Assembly: GCF_009914755.1 (NCBI RefSeq)
Contig: NC_060929.1
Source: the human T2T-CHM13v2.0 reference genome, Homo sapiens
Direction: 5' to 3' (one strand)
DNA: 64,000 bases
Shown: piece by piece, positions 1 through 14,750 of the stretch
Position numbering within the stretch: position 1 is the first letter of the stretch
Layout: each line of letters starts with the position of its first letter
Made by a program: the position numbers and the translations under genes
Notes under the pieces: model-generated
The model's input: the letters and a program-made list of their open reading frames with translations, nothing else
Databases searched by the model: none
Told to the model about the DNA's origin: nothing

Positions 1-640
1 GATGTAACTTAAGGGATATTGGTATAATTATTAAGTGAGAAAATATTTACTTTATCTTTTAATCAGAAATAAATACATTAATATATGTATATTTAAATAT
101 TTCTGTATATTATTTTTTAATCAATAGAATTACATTTATAGACACATAGAACTCTTATAGTGACTGAACCTACAGGAAATGAATAGTGACAATGAAGGTA
201 ATATCCAATGTTTGGCATTGTGTATATTAGACTGCACCTTTTGTTCAGAAAATAGTTACATAGCTCTTTTAAAGTCAATAATAATAATCATAAACAAGAT
301 AATCCCATCAGCACAAGTCAGTCTTACTCTGTATATTAATTTAGCATAGTATTACACTTAATGAATTATCATTAATCATAAATATGTTTTTACATGTGCA
401 TATTTAAGGTCTTTAACATTTGCAGTCTTGGTTTTTCTGAAGGCCTAAGCTAAAAGACATTCATTTCAAATCTGAAAAGCAGCATAATCAGTCTTTTGAA
501 CCTACTGCAATCAATATCTATGCAAATGGGGTGGTTATGGAATTTACACTGCTTTGTCAATCAATCACTAGTCAAGTTCCCACCTTACACTCAATGTACT
601 AATAGATTTTTTTTTTCTTTTTAAAGAGACAGTGATTTCT

Positions 641-1100
<460 letters not shown>

Positions 1101-1519
1101 TAGGTGGTAGTAGTTGGGGAAGGTGGCTTCCTGAGCTCCACCTGCTGGGCTTCCCATGGCCCAGTAGTTGGCCCCTGAATTCTTAGAAAGAGAAAAAGAT
1201 CTTTGGGAATTCAGAGGTGGTTGAACTAGCATCCCCAGAGCATTCATCATTTGCTTCTTGCCCACTAGGAGAGAGATCTTCAGTGTAGATCTGGGCAAAA
1301 GAAGGGCTCTGTCTTTTGCCTTGATCATCACCTAAAGTTCTATACTTATGTTAAAGAGAAAAAAGACTGAAATATACAAGGCAGGGAAAGTCTGGTGTAA
1401 CAGCACTTCCAATACACAAAACAAAACAAGAACTAGTTTTTTTTTTTTTTTTTTTTTTTTGGCTGCCTGTAACCACAGCATGAGTCTTCAGTCTAGAGGA
1501 CTGTTGAAGAGGCTAATGC

Positions 1520-2440
1520 ATAAGGCTGTCTTGGTATGGGGTAAAAAAGGAAGTTAATAATTCCCCTGTTCTTTGAACTGGTCAGATTACATCTGGTGGA
1601 TTGCATTGAGCTGTATTCTGAAACATTTAAGAAGGATTCTGAGTAGCTTCAACCTGTATAGAAGAGGATGACTCAGATGGTGAGGAAGCTGAAAATGTTA
1701 TTTTTAAAGTAGAGAGGTTATAGGTAAAATGTGTTGTTGCTTTTCAAATATTAAAAACTTATCCATAGTCTCAGTATGTGAGTTAGGAATTAAGTTCCTA
1801 ATTAAGTTGTGGATAACAAGAATATACACATAAGGGTTGTTCTCTTATATAAACAGAGTCTGGAGATAGTAAAGCAGCTCCATAAAGTCACTGAGTACTC
1901 CGACTCTGATATCCTTCATGTATGATTATTTCCATCCTCAAGATCACCTTGTGGTAAGTTGCTCAGACTCTTGCAATCACATCCTTTTTCCAGACAGCAG
2001 GCAGAAGGGTGGGTTTGGTGTGGAGGAAGGGCACGCCTTCTCTTTTTAAAGAAGGCTTTCCAGAATTCCCTTTCTACTCATCTTTTTTGGCCACAACTTG
2101 GTCTTGTGGCCATACCTGGCTGCTATGAAGGCTGGAAATGTAGTTTTCTAGCTAGGTGTATTGCCCAGGATTCTATTATTAGGGAAGAAGGAGGACAATG
2201 GATATTGAGAGGCAAATAGCTTGGTATAGCATGTCTAAACTCAGAAGGCAGAATGGATCAGTAGGTAGAAGTTAAAAAGAGTTACATTTTACTAAATATA
2301 GAGAAGAATTTCCTAATAGTTTCATCTGCCCCAAATTCAATGTGCTTTTTTAGAGGTACTGATGTCACTGTTGTTGAACATTCAAAAGCAGCTGGTAAAT
2401 TGCTTATCAGGGAAGTTTTAGGAAGAGACCTGATATGTAG
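1520..2440. mobile_element. L3/CR1-like fragment interrupted by an MLT1 (J/K-like) solo LTR at ~1770-2230
   Basis: CR1-like text at 1560-1700 and 2240-2430; MaLR-like motifs GGCCACAACTTGG...GGCTGGAAATGTAGTTTTCTAGC...TGGATATTGAGAGGCAA between them; boundaries approximate. Confidence 0.55.
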
Positions 2441-4251
2441 TTTTTTCCAATACTATGTGCCAAGACTATTTCAATATACCTATGCAGAAGCCATGCTGAG
2501 TTTTAGTTTGATTAACTATTCTTATAAGAGGTTTCGATAAAATAAGATTTCTGTTTACTACAATCAATAATGACAAATGTTCCGTAAAGTGAACACTTAG
2601 TACACAAGTCTTGTTTTCATATTGTGCAGATGCCAGCATATTCTTTTAATGGAAGGCACTGTTGAAATAAGATTCTGTGGACACATACTGACTTCACACA
2701 CTTAGCAGTCTTTCTGATACATAAAGTTCTGTGCCTTATGACTTTTATTATAGAATAATTTGTTACAGGAAAGATTTGATCAGTTGACTCAAATTTCACT
2801 CAGTATAGCTGTGACATAGATACATTTTAAGATTTGTGGCACATGAAATGTATAGCCTCAGTCTTACTTTGTGGTAGATTTTTATTTTCCTGAGGTGTTT
2901 CAATTATATATGTTTCTTCAGAAAATAGTAAGATGTTGGTGTGGTATGTATTTTGGATTTGTATTCACAGTCCTCTAATTAAGAGATCTAGACATATTAG
3001 AGTTATGACTTTTTAAATTTTAGGCTATCGTGTCCTTCCCTGCCTCATGAGTCTGTAGTAAGTAGACTGAAAGTACTCCAGTACATACATCTAGGTCTGT
3101 GCTCATTCTTACTGACACAGATAATATTAAGTAAACACAATAGTTATTGAATGTCTACTCCAATAGAAACAGAAGGAGAAAATCTATTGTTTGCCAAATT
3201 AGAAAAATGCCATAGATAAAAGAAACATCATTTTCAAGATTCCAAACAGGTAAACCAAGTATCAGTAAGAACACAATGGCAAACACTGTTGAGTTGGGCT
3301 CTTTTAAAGACTTAAATAACTCTTCCAATACATAAAAAGACCAGCCACACATAAATTGGACTATATATATTTTCAAGGCATGCTTTTGACCATCCTTCTC
3401 ACAGTGTTTTTAGCTGATACCCTAACTTTCTAATACTTATTCAACCATTTACAGTTCAGCTGTGCTTTGTGTAAACCACTGTTGGATCCTAGCTGGTTAA
3501 TCCTCCTCTTCATTGGCATCCAAGCCTCATTTTGCACCCAATTTTAATGCTTGTAGTTTGAGGAATCCTAACTTGATCCTCAGATGAAATGGTTAACTAA
3601 TATAATATGCACTGTGTTGAACTGAATTGAGCTATGTTTTCTAAAGATGACAATTTATTTTTTTTAGGGTGGAGATTAGTTTAAAAAAAGGGGACTTGAT
3701 TATTTGTCTTTTTCCTTCCATCTTCCCAACTCATCCCTAAGGAAAAAAAGGGCCAACTTTCTTCTACCACTTTTTATTTCTAAAACTTTGCACAAATAAC
3801 TCATCTGGAGCTCAGGTTGTTTGTTTGTAGACAGGGACAATAATACCTATTATGTAAGGGTTATGACAAATTAAATTTAATAAATATGTTTTGATCTTTT
3901 TCTGTGTTCTTGGTCTAGTAAAATGTAAAATAATTTATTTGTAAAGCTTTTATGACAGTATCTGATACACATTGATCAAAAATTGTTGATTTCTTTTGTA
4001 TTCTAAAATGAAGTCCTAACATAGCAGGGACCCCATTAAGCCAAAAGTCCTAGCCCTTTATTCCATGGACATCTAAGTTTAGCATCTCCTTGCTGTGCTT
4101 GCAGTTTTGGGATTCACTCTTACATAAACCTGTGTGCCCCTCTATCTCTTTTTCTACCACTTACCTGGGGCTTGTTAACAGGTCTATTTCTTGTCTTACC
4201 TCCTGCCTGCTGCTTCCCACTTGTCCTGTTTCCCCTGCCCCCAGGGACTTA

Positions 4252-4387
4252 AGAAACCCATACTCAGTTATGAATGTATGCCTTGGGTGGGTTTCCTTTA
4301 GAAACCCATACTCAGTTATGAATGTATGCCTTGGGTGGGTTTCCTTTAGAAACCCATACTCAGTTATGAATGTATGCCTTGGGTGGG
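4252..4387. repeat. 48-bp minisatellite, 2.8 perfect copies
   Basis: Unit AGAAACCCATACTCAGTTATGAATGTATGCCTTGGGTGGGTTTCCTTT starts at 4252, 4300 and 4348. Confidence 0.97.
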
Positions 4388-4569
4388 CTTCAGTGGTTCT
4401 CCACAGCTTCTGCCTACAAGTGTTTTAAAAAGCTTGGTGGGTGTTCACAAAGTGATCCCACTCGTGCAACCAATTCCCAGATGAAGAAACAGGACTTTAC
4501 CAGCACTCAGGACTCTCTCTTGACATTTTCAGTTACTACCTGCCCCCAACAGTCACTACAGATTGACTT

Positions 4570-4985
4570 GTTACACTACAATTTATTTTTCCTCTTTCTT
4601 CTTAACCTTAGATAAATATATCATACATATTCTTTCATGTCTGTCTTCTTTTGTTTGTAAAATTCATCAGAGTTGCATGTAGTTATTTGCTCATTCTGCT
4701 TGTTGTATCTAGTTCCACTGTTCAAATATACCATGTTTTGTTTATACATTCTACAAAATGATAGATGTTTATGTTCCTTCCATTTTTTGGCTATTATGAA
4801 AAGTACTGGTATGAACATTCTTATATATCTTTTTTGGCGAACATCTGTACATATTTCTCTTGTGTTATACCTGAGAGTGGAATTAATGGGTCCTTGTGTA
4901 TGCATATGTCTACCTTTAATAGATTCTGCCCAACCGTTTTCTAAGGTAATTGTAATAATTTATGTTCCCACTTGCCAAATAGTTC
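4570..4985 (-). mobile_element. Old L1M (L1ME-like) 3' fragment
   Basis: Minus ORF 4621-4905 resembles decayed ORF2 C-terminus (RMFIPVLFIIAKKWK). Confidence 0.75.
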
Positions 4986-5731
4986 TGAAAGAGTTTGTTA
5001 TCTTTCCATAGGGTGAATGAAGTAGGTGAACTCCATACTGGAATTTTCTCATCTTCTCTCTTGAAAATTAACTGTCAGTTTTTAGGTCATGCTAAAATAC
5101 TTTTTTTTTTCCGTTTTAGATGAAATTTTGTGCAATTATAAGTTATTAATATAAAAAATTGATACAACTAATTTGTTTTTCTGAACACTATTCAAACAAC
5201 TGATTTAACATCCGATTTTATAGGTAAATTAAGTAGTAATGTTAACTGACCAGATTCTGTACTGGTTTTGGTTGTCATATTGGGATTAGCTGAAGGCAAG
5301 AGAAAGAGCAGAGAGTTACAATAATTTAAAACTCAATAGTTTTTTCTTAAACACCATTATTTAATTAAATTATCTGTCCAGCAAGGATCTGATAAATAAT
5401 ACCTTTAGAGACCTACTGATTTAAGGGGGAGACAACTTAAGCTTTATTGTTAAACCTATATATGAGATTATATTGAATTGTCATATACAAGGTCTTTTGT
5501 TATTATTTTCCAGGGGAAAAACATCTAGAATATAAAGTTATATTCATTTAAATGTATTTTTGTTTCAAAGTGTCTAGTATTTGTTGATGTTATAGGTGTT
5601 TTGAAATAAATGTAACATAGTTGAATTGGTTTTGTGATCAGTTTATGCTGCATCCATCTAGAAATCACTGAGTTATTGTGGCGAACACCTAACAATGTCA
5701 GTGTTTGATGTTACCACACACTTGCACATAA

Positions 5732-5739
5732 TGACGTCA
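5732..5739. promoter_or_regulatory. Full palindromic CRE (TGACGTCA) with nearby SOX-like motifs
   Basis: TGACGTCA with intact CpG, followed by ACAAAG; AACAATG at 5691; repeat-free context. Confidence 0.3.
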
Positions 5740-8140
5740 ACAAAGCGGGAGCCTGGTTAATGGCTTTCTTCTCTACAGAACTTGTTCAGTAATTTGCTGT
5801 ACTGGTATTGGTTAATAGGGTAAATTGATTACTGTAAGGAATGCAAAAAGCATAGATTTTATTGGATACTACTGTTTCCTTTTTGCAATAAACCACATCG
5901 TAAATTTCCTGTGTTCATTCATCATTGGGTTTATATTATGTTAAATGAAAATGAATCACATTTTCTGAATATTTTTTTCCACACTTCAAAATGTCTTTTT
6001 AGATATTGTCTGCCAGCTAATTTACAGCTCTGAAACCTTGTTGTATCATTTGGAATAGAGCATTTGATAATTTAAAGTGGAATGAATCATTGTTTGATGA
6101 AGAATTGCTGTTAAATCTTTTGGGATGTAAGAATTTCTTTGCTGCAGTCATATATGTAACTGTATATTTCAGTGAGAATGCCCTCTGAACATTAGAGGAC
6201 ATATTCATGAATTGAAATTCCAAAAACAAATCTAATGATTTGACAGCTCTGCTCAAAAACAGAAGCTCAGCATTTTAGAGGTTGCCATTTACTGAATGAG
6301 TCAGAGGGAGTCTGGGAATACCCTTCTGTACTCTGACTCTTTTCTCCCCACTCCTTTGTGCCTGGCTGCCATTGTCCTATGGCACCCACCTAACAGAGTG
6401 GCACCCAGTCACCAGCCAGGCTTTGATTTTGTCAGTTGCAGAGGCTAACAGTCAAGAATCTCGGCACAAGAATGCCAATAGTAGCTTACTGCAGTGGCTA
6501 AACCCTTGTTCTTGTTCACATGGAGATTTCTTAAGGAAAAAATGATTTCCAAGCTATGCAGAATGGACTAAAAATACAATTTTGACTTTCAAATACCTGA
6601 TTTCAATAACAATTTTTAGTGTCTAAAAATTAAGAATAGAATTAATATTGTTATACATTGTTTGAAAGTAACTATAATCAAATCAAATATATTGACTATT
6701 TTTCCTATTTGGCTTCTTCTGACTAAACTGTTGCATTTAATATTACAAGACTTCATTTTTATGGATAATCAAGAATGTGCATGAAACCTTAATTTCCAGC
6801 ATAGAGGGTAATTGCTCAGTAATCATTTACTTTCTTTAAAACATAACTGCATTTAACTAAGAAAGTAAGAAAAAGAGCTATTTTTAAAAATGGCATTGAA
6901 ATGGTGTATAAGATCAAACAGCGTATGAAAAATATACCCACCTTGGTGTTATTTTACCATCTTTTACCTCAGTAACTTAAAGTGGACCTTTCTAGTTCAC
7001 TTGTTTAGTCACGGGATCATAGCAGCTTGCTCATCTCTAGTGGTATGAAGCCGTATTTGAGAGGTTGGGCAATAGAGCCCTACAGTGTTATGTGATTTGC
7101 TCAGTAACAGAGGTAGCTCCAGCATGCACACCTCTGAACTGCATGAATCCACTGCCTTTTCCACTTGCCTGTGGTTTACCATTGTTCTTTGTTTCATTTA
7201 CCAGGGTGAGATCTCATTTAACATGTTTTAGATTACAGAGGTTTTATAGTAGAGCTAAAAGCATATAAAACAAGAATTTATTAGAAAGGACACCAATCTT
7301 TAACAGCCTCTGCTGGTCTCAGGTTAATCTTACTATGGTATCATTTTCTTAACAATGGACTATCATAAGCTATATCATAGCTCTTATACACATTTATGCA
7401 AAACAATTAAACTATAGTGTATGAATAAACATTCCCTGACCCCCACCTGATTTTCCTACCCCCTTCTATGAGCAAGCAGATGGCCATTTTAAAGTAAGAT
7501 AAGTGGAGAAAAATAGAGAAGTAATAAGGGGCAATTTGAGCAGTCAGTGTACTGTGGTATCCGTGGGACCCTTCTCCAACTTCATGTGATAGCATGCAGT
7601 ATAGAAAAGGTTCTTTCAGCAAGTGTTTAGGAAAATATGTTCCAAAAGATCTGCATAACATTAGTGTAACCAAGTGTTCCTCTCTCTGGCTTCCTGTTTT
7701 GGAATTAAATGCCTTCAGGGTACTCAGAATAACTCTGTTTAGGAACACAAGAAGAATTTAACCTCTTATGTTCCTAATCAATTTTAAAAATATATATATA
7801 GATTAAATAGAAAGCAAAAAGATCTTATTCTACTTTGCTTCTCAACAGTTTCAGCTAAAAATTAAAACTGTTTATACATAAAGTCGGTGGTTTAGTTAGA
7901 AAACAAAGGTATAAACAAGAATTCTGACAGGATTATTATCAGCAAAATTTTAAGATCAGTTTTGTCCCTGTAAACAAATTTCATAGACAAACCTTTTTAC
8001 ATGTAGGATTATTTCCAAAAGAACTCAGTGGAAAGTTTCTACTCTGGGTGTTTGCAGGAGATAAAGGGAGCAGCTAAGCTGAATTGATGTTTACTTCTTT
8101 GTGGTGTTATTGTTCAACATTCTTAAGTTGCTTCTGCAAA

Positions 8141-8157
8141 GCCAGCAGAGGGAGCAC
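8141..8157 (+). promoter_or_regulatory. Candidate CTCF binding site
   Basis: GCCAGCAGAGGGAGCAC closely matches the CTCF core CCASYAGRKGGCRS (one mismatch). Confidence 0.5.
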
Positions 8158-8324
8158 CAAACAATATTTTTGTTTACCTTAAAGCTTACAATGTATTTTA
8201 AAAATATTTTCTTTCACTTGCATTAAAAAATGTCTACAATGAATAATTTGTTGATTTTACATTTTTACTGTATAGTTTTAACTTCTCTGAAATTAAAAGA
8301 CTTGAGGGGCTTTATTATGCAATT

Positions 8325-9860
8325 TAATTCTATAAACATTCAGTAAATGCTTACTGTTTATAAGACTTGATGCGTGATGGAGAGTCAAAGGTGAATACTC
8401 CACAGTCTCTATTCTTCAATAATTTATAATTTAGTTGGAGAGAAAGAAATGTAAATATCCTCTGTTTACAATGCAGAAGGATAATAAAGGTAGAATATGG
8501 GCTAATTCTTAATAAAAAACAAATAGGGATATTATGGAGAAGGTGACATTTGAATTGGACTTTGAATAAGAGGTTTCCAAAAATGGAAATTCTAGACTGA
8601 ATGGAGCAGCATGAATGCAGGGTATACTTAGAGCAAGACAATTCTAGGCCTGAGGCTAGATAGAACCTGGTTGATAGAGGGGTTATGTACTGGGAGGTGA
8701 GGTCAGAATGCTAAGGTAGAGTTAGATAATGGAGCACCTTGAAATCCGTGCTAAGTGCTTTTGAGTTTATTCTGTTGTCAGAGGAGAGCAAACTGCACAC
8801 CATTTCGAGGAAACAAATAATGTTTTGATTAAATAATACTTGTTTCAGTGTGAAAGCTTGCCTGGAGAACTGAGAGATTAAAGATTAGACATTTTTATAC
8901 TAGGTAAGGTCAGACATTATATCATCGTGGATAATAATAAGAGTAATGGTTGTAGTAATACCTTTCATTTGTATTTGCGAGTATACATATATATACACAT
9001 GCATACATATTTGTGTATCTACAGAGAACCCTAGACACCTATATATATGTGCATATATATACACACAGTATATGCAATAATACTGCTCTTATATAATATT
9101 TATGTACATATCATATATGTATATATGTGTATATATGTATGTATAACATGTGTATATATCTCATGTATATGTGTGTGTATATATCCCTCAAGATAATCCT
9201 ATGATTTGAAGATATATATTGAAAATGTCAAGTAATATGTATATGAGGTCTCATAGCATAGTCAGAGCTGAGGTGGTACTCAAATTCTAGGTTGTTTGAG
9301 TCTAAGCCTGATATTCTTTTTATCATGTTATGCTGTTTTTGCATTATATGATGTCAGTGTTGATAGGAAGGATGGAATGTGCATCAGAGACATTACAAAG
9401 GTATAAAATATTTAAACACAAGGCAGAAAAAGGAGTTGAAGATAGCTCTCAAATTTTCAGTCTATGTGACTATGTGACCAGGAAGCAGGAATGGTGTTGC
9501 CATTGCCTCCATAGATGTAAGGGAAGGAACAGCTAGGGGAGTGGGATGGGAAACAGGCATAGGGGGGAAGATAATTCCATTTTGGCATGTCAGATTTGAG
9601 ATCCTGAAGGCAATCTTATAGAAATATGTAGCACATACTTTAAATTTTGGATTTGGAGCCGAAGAAAAGTCAGAGCTACAACTTGAGAATCGATGATATA
9701 TTTCAGAGAAAGTGTATAGACTAAGAAGAGAAATGAAATGAGAGCCTAACCTTGGTGGAAGACTACATATAGGAGGCTAAGGTAAGAAATAAGAGACAGA
9801 AGGAGCCTGCACAAACTCTGACAGAGATGAGAGTGGTCAGGGGAATGCCTTGTTCCTCAA
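8325..9860 (-). mobile_element. Fragmented L2 (with a TA-rich repeat and a MIR piece inside)
   Basis: Degenerate L2 text (GAAGGTGACATTTGAATTGGACTTTGAA; TTTTGGCATGTCAGATTTGAGAT); boundaries approximate. Confidence 0.6.
8981..9185. repeat. Imperfect (TA)n/(TATG)n low-complexity repeat
   Basis: Alternating TA/TG/CA runs. Confidence 0.85.
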
Positions 9861-10456
9861 TCAGCAAATATTTGCATTCTTGCTGTGTGCAAGGCCTTTG
9901 CCCAGAGTATAAAAGAGGGTGCCATCGCAGAATCAACTGTTGTAGGGGACAGTATGGGAACTGAGGAGAGGTCATTAGATTTGTTCACTCAGGAGACCAG
10001 ACTTCCTAAATATGCACAGAGCTTTAGTTGGGCACTAAAATACAAAGTAGACTTCCGCCTCATGACTCAGTTTATGAGAAGTTAAAAGATCCCAGAGAAC
10101 TCACACCTTGGGCTGAAATCTGTGAACTCTTAACTTTGATATCCAAGAGAGTTGTTTGTGGATCAAACTTATTTTTTAGTTTCCAAAAGCTGTATAATGC
10201 TCTTGTAAGCCTGATTTCTTGTCTTTATTACTTTTTATTTGATTTTTTATGAGAGAAAAAAATCACTATTTTTTATAATGATATATGTTCACTATAAAAA
10301 ATTCAAATGCAAAAGAGGGATTAAAAAGTTACCCCTCAAATAACCACAATACATTAGATAACCAGAAATAGAATTTTCTTCCCTTTCTAATTCTTCGCTC
10401 CTTCCCTTCCTTCTTTCCCCCCATTGATCTGCTGATCATACTATGCCTGTTATTTT

Positions 10457-11502
<1,046 letters not shown>

Positions 11503-12269
11503 TTATTTTAAATAAAAAATATTAAAATCCTTTTACCTACATTTATAAAAAGGAAAAGAAACTAAAGGTACCTAATCAAATTGTAGAACTTTGAAATAAG
11601 TGCTTCTTTACTACACATAATAGTAGATATGGTAGAAGATCTGTCTGAAGTTAAGAAAAGAGATTATGATAAAAATTAACAAGTTTAGAGTTATGGTTTT
11701 AGGATACATGTTTCTGTTTAGACCATATACATTGATCTGTTTTGAAAGATGCTTACGTATACTCCACCTTCCTCCCTTTCCTATTTCTGTTTGTTACAAT
11801 GGTATTTTTATTTTATCAAACTTTATAACATTTACATGGACTTAATTTTGTAATAAGTCCTATAGTTGTTTTAATTCTAATTCTATATTTAACTGGATTA
11901 GTCCTCACCATAATTTTTTTACCTTGACTTTTCTAACCCAGAATTTTAACTGTGACTCATATTTTAACTGTCTAGATTCCATCAAGTAGAATCCTCCAGG
12001 CAGGTCTCCTGGGTGACCATTTTGTGTTACGGATGTCTTCTGTTATGTGGTATACAGACATCTTGCTTATGCAGACTGCTCTCTAGCTGTGGTTTCTTAT
12101 CTTCAGAACTCTGCAGATGCTGGTCAGTTATTCTCTGGTCATGAAAGTTGCAGTGGCTTGTGAGGCTGGACTGATGGTTCTCAGTTTTGTATGTGATTTT
12201 CGATTTTCTTTCCTTAAAAAAATTTTTCTTTTTTGGTGTCTCCATTCAATTTTAATGTTGTAAACATAA

Positions 12270-12660
12270 GAAAATGAATTAAATTGAAGCCTTATTTCAT
12301 AGTGTGCCCCAGAATAAAATCCTAAATAGACTGAATAATTACATTTTTAAAGTGAAGCTGTAGAACTAGTAGATGAAAACACTGGTGATCCTCAAATCTT
12401 TCTACAAATGGCCTCAAATAGAAACTATGAAGGGATGATCTGTAAGTTTTTCTGCATCAAAAAGAAAAACCAGAAGACATTACAAAAAAACTAACTATTA
12501 ATGTGAAAGGACAAATTACAATAGGTAAAATATTTACAGCGTGATAGATGATGGATATTTGTGTTCATATATCTGTTTTGTTCATGGTGAAACTAACACT
12601 ACAAAAGAAAAGTGGTTAAAGGGCATACAGGGACAATTCACAAGTGGAAAAATTCAAAAG
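12270..12660 (+). mobile_element. Old L1M ORF2 fragment
   Basis: Degenerate L1 text (AAAATAAAATCCTAAATAGACT; GAAAAGTGGTTAAAGGGCATACAGGGACAATTCACA). Confidence 0.55.
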
Positions 12661-13769
12661 AAGAGAAAACTCCTACTCATTTAATATACTTTTGATAAAT
12701 CAGAAAGAAATTTTTTTTCTGTTTTGAACACAGGTTTTATAATAAGTAGTTACATATGTTGGGTTAAATAAACATGAGCATCTCTTCAAGCTTTGAAATT
12801 CTGTGGTTTGGGGATGTGTATGTATTATCCTTGCTGTTAGATCATTTCTTCCTTTATAAGTCTCAGAAAGATGTCCACTGCATCTTTCTCCTCTTTATCA
12901 TGCATAGCCCAGAACTTTGCAGGTGGTGATCCTGAAATACAAATTTAATGAATAACAATAATTTGAATTTTTAAAAAGATAATGTTTGTTAACCATTTTT
13001 AAAATATATTTGAGGGGGCTTTGAATCTTTTGTATAGGTACTGTAATTGTGATAGGACTTTTTTCAGATTTTGGGGGGTAATTTAGTCTTCTGTTGAGAA
13101 TTCTGATTAATGCATTTTATTATTTGCATAGAAAAATTTATTATTTTGTATATCTCATAAATACCTAAATCTCATTTTCAAAATTCTATTTGTTAATTTT
13201 ACTAAATGATGATATACAGTATTGTACTTTAAGACCCTGATTCCTATGAATTACAAAAAGAATTTTGTTTATTATATGCATGATTTATTGGACATTAGTG
13301 CTGTGATTATTAAGAACCTTCAGAATAATCGATTGTAGAATAAAATGACAAAACCATGGCATAAACATGCATTTTACATATATGTTTAAAGGTTTGTGAT
13401 AATTGATCCATTTTGTTATGTTGATTTAAGTAGGGAAACTGAAGATTTTCTTAAATCAAGGTACATATTTAAAGTGATAGAATGATTTTATTGGCTTCAT
13501 AACAGCAAACTTTGTTTGGAGAACCATATTGTGCAAGTGGTTAGTGATATTAAAATTGGTATCAGCCTTGGGATATCAGATGTATTTATTTTTAACTTTT
13601 ATGCAGATATAGTTATTAAAATGTACATTTCAAGTACACATTTTGAGTGTCTTTAAAAGTATTTTTGAATGATTTCCATTTGAGAAGTAAGAAGCTAGGT
13701 TTGTTAGTTATTAATCCAAATATAGTAGTATAGCTTATTTTATTGATCTTTCTGTGATTTTTAAATTAG

Positions 13770-13887
13770 GAGTGAGAAAAGTCACAGACGCCGTTTGTTG
13801 ACATATTGCAATCCATATGTGTGCTTTTTTGATAAAGAAGGTATAGCATATACTATTCCTCCAGAACGTTTAGCACCAGATTTATGA
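13770..13887 (+). CDS. Candidate terminal coding exon of an unidentified spliced gene (…SEKSHRRRLLTYCNPYVCFFDKEGIAYTIPPERLAPDL*)
   Basis: Pyrimidine-rich tract plus TAG acceptor at 13767-13769; the frame is closed by TAA just upstream and then open for 38 codons to TGA 13885-13887; three CpGs in CpG-poor DNA; AATAAA at 14127-14132 followed by T/GT-rich sequence. Protein not recognised. Confidence 0.45.
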
Positions 13888-14126
13888 TTTTTCTAATTTG
13901 GTTTGTAGCTTGCCAAAGAGCATGTGAGTGCATATTTGATCAGAAGCATATTTTGCCTTGAATCAGATGAAGAATACTTAATGAGTCAATGCTAAGAAGC
14001 AATGCAGAGAAGATTGCAGACTAGCAAACTAAAAAGGCTTTAAAATAGCTTAATGTAAACTATAATAGAGATAAAGTATTATTATATAAAAAGTCAAATT
14101 TTTCAGTTTTTCATGTTCATCCTGTT

Positions 14127-14132
14127 AATAAA
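14127..14132 (+). terminator. Candidate polyadenylation signal AATAAA for the putative terminal exon
   Basis: Canonical hexamer ~240 nt after the TGA, with downstream U-rich sequence. Confidence 0.35.
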
Positions 14133-14329
14133 ATTATCTGCCATAACTATTGGGAATGATATTTTATATTTATGTGATGCAGTTCACATTTTCAGTGGGA
14201 TGAAGACTTATTTCAAGTGTATTGTACTTATTCTCGCTTGGGAGCTGGAAAGATGCTAGTTCTACATTAGAGATGCCAATAGCCCTACTCCCTCTAGCAG
14301 GCCTTCCTCTAAGAATGAGTGCTAGAAAT

Positions 14330-14750
14330 TACTACTTAAAATTAATTGGTTTTTTTGCTTGTTTGATAAGAAAAAATTATCTCTTTGTTTTGACTTGTAT
14401 TTGTTTGATTATCAGTGAAGCTAGAAAATGTTCCTGTCTACTTAGCTGTGTCCATTTTTTCTTTCATAAATTACTTATCCTTGTTTTTTGTTCATTTTTC
14501 CCTTAAGGTACTCACTTCTTACTGGTTTATGAGATTTTTTATTTATTAAGGATGTGAGCACTTTGTTTTGTATGTTACAAATATTTTGCCTAGTTTTTGT
14601 ACTTTGATTTTGTTTGCAGTGTTTTTTGGCATACATAATTTAAAAAATAATTATAGTCAAATCTAGTAATCATTTAGTCTATGATTTTTTTCTTTGTTGA
14701 GATTTGAAAGACCTGCATCAACCCTACATTATATAAATTTTCCTTCCTTG
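14330..14750 (-). mobile_element. Old L1ME-like fragment
   Basis: Antisense L1 text (TTTTGACTTGTATTTGTTTGATTATCAGTGAAG; ATGTTACAAATATTTT). Confidence 0.6.

Noticed and set aside
4252-4387. CRISPR-like array of palindromic repeats
   Set aside because: Units are contiguous and identical with no unique spacers; eukaryotic context with no cas genes
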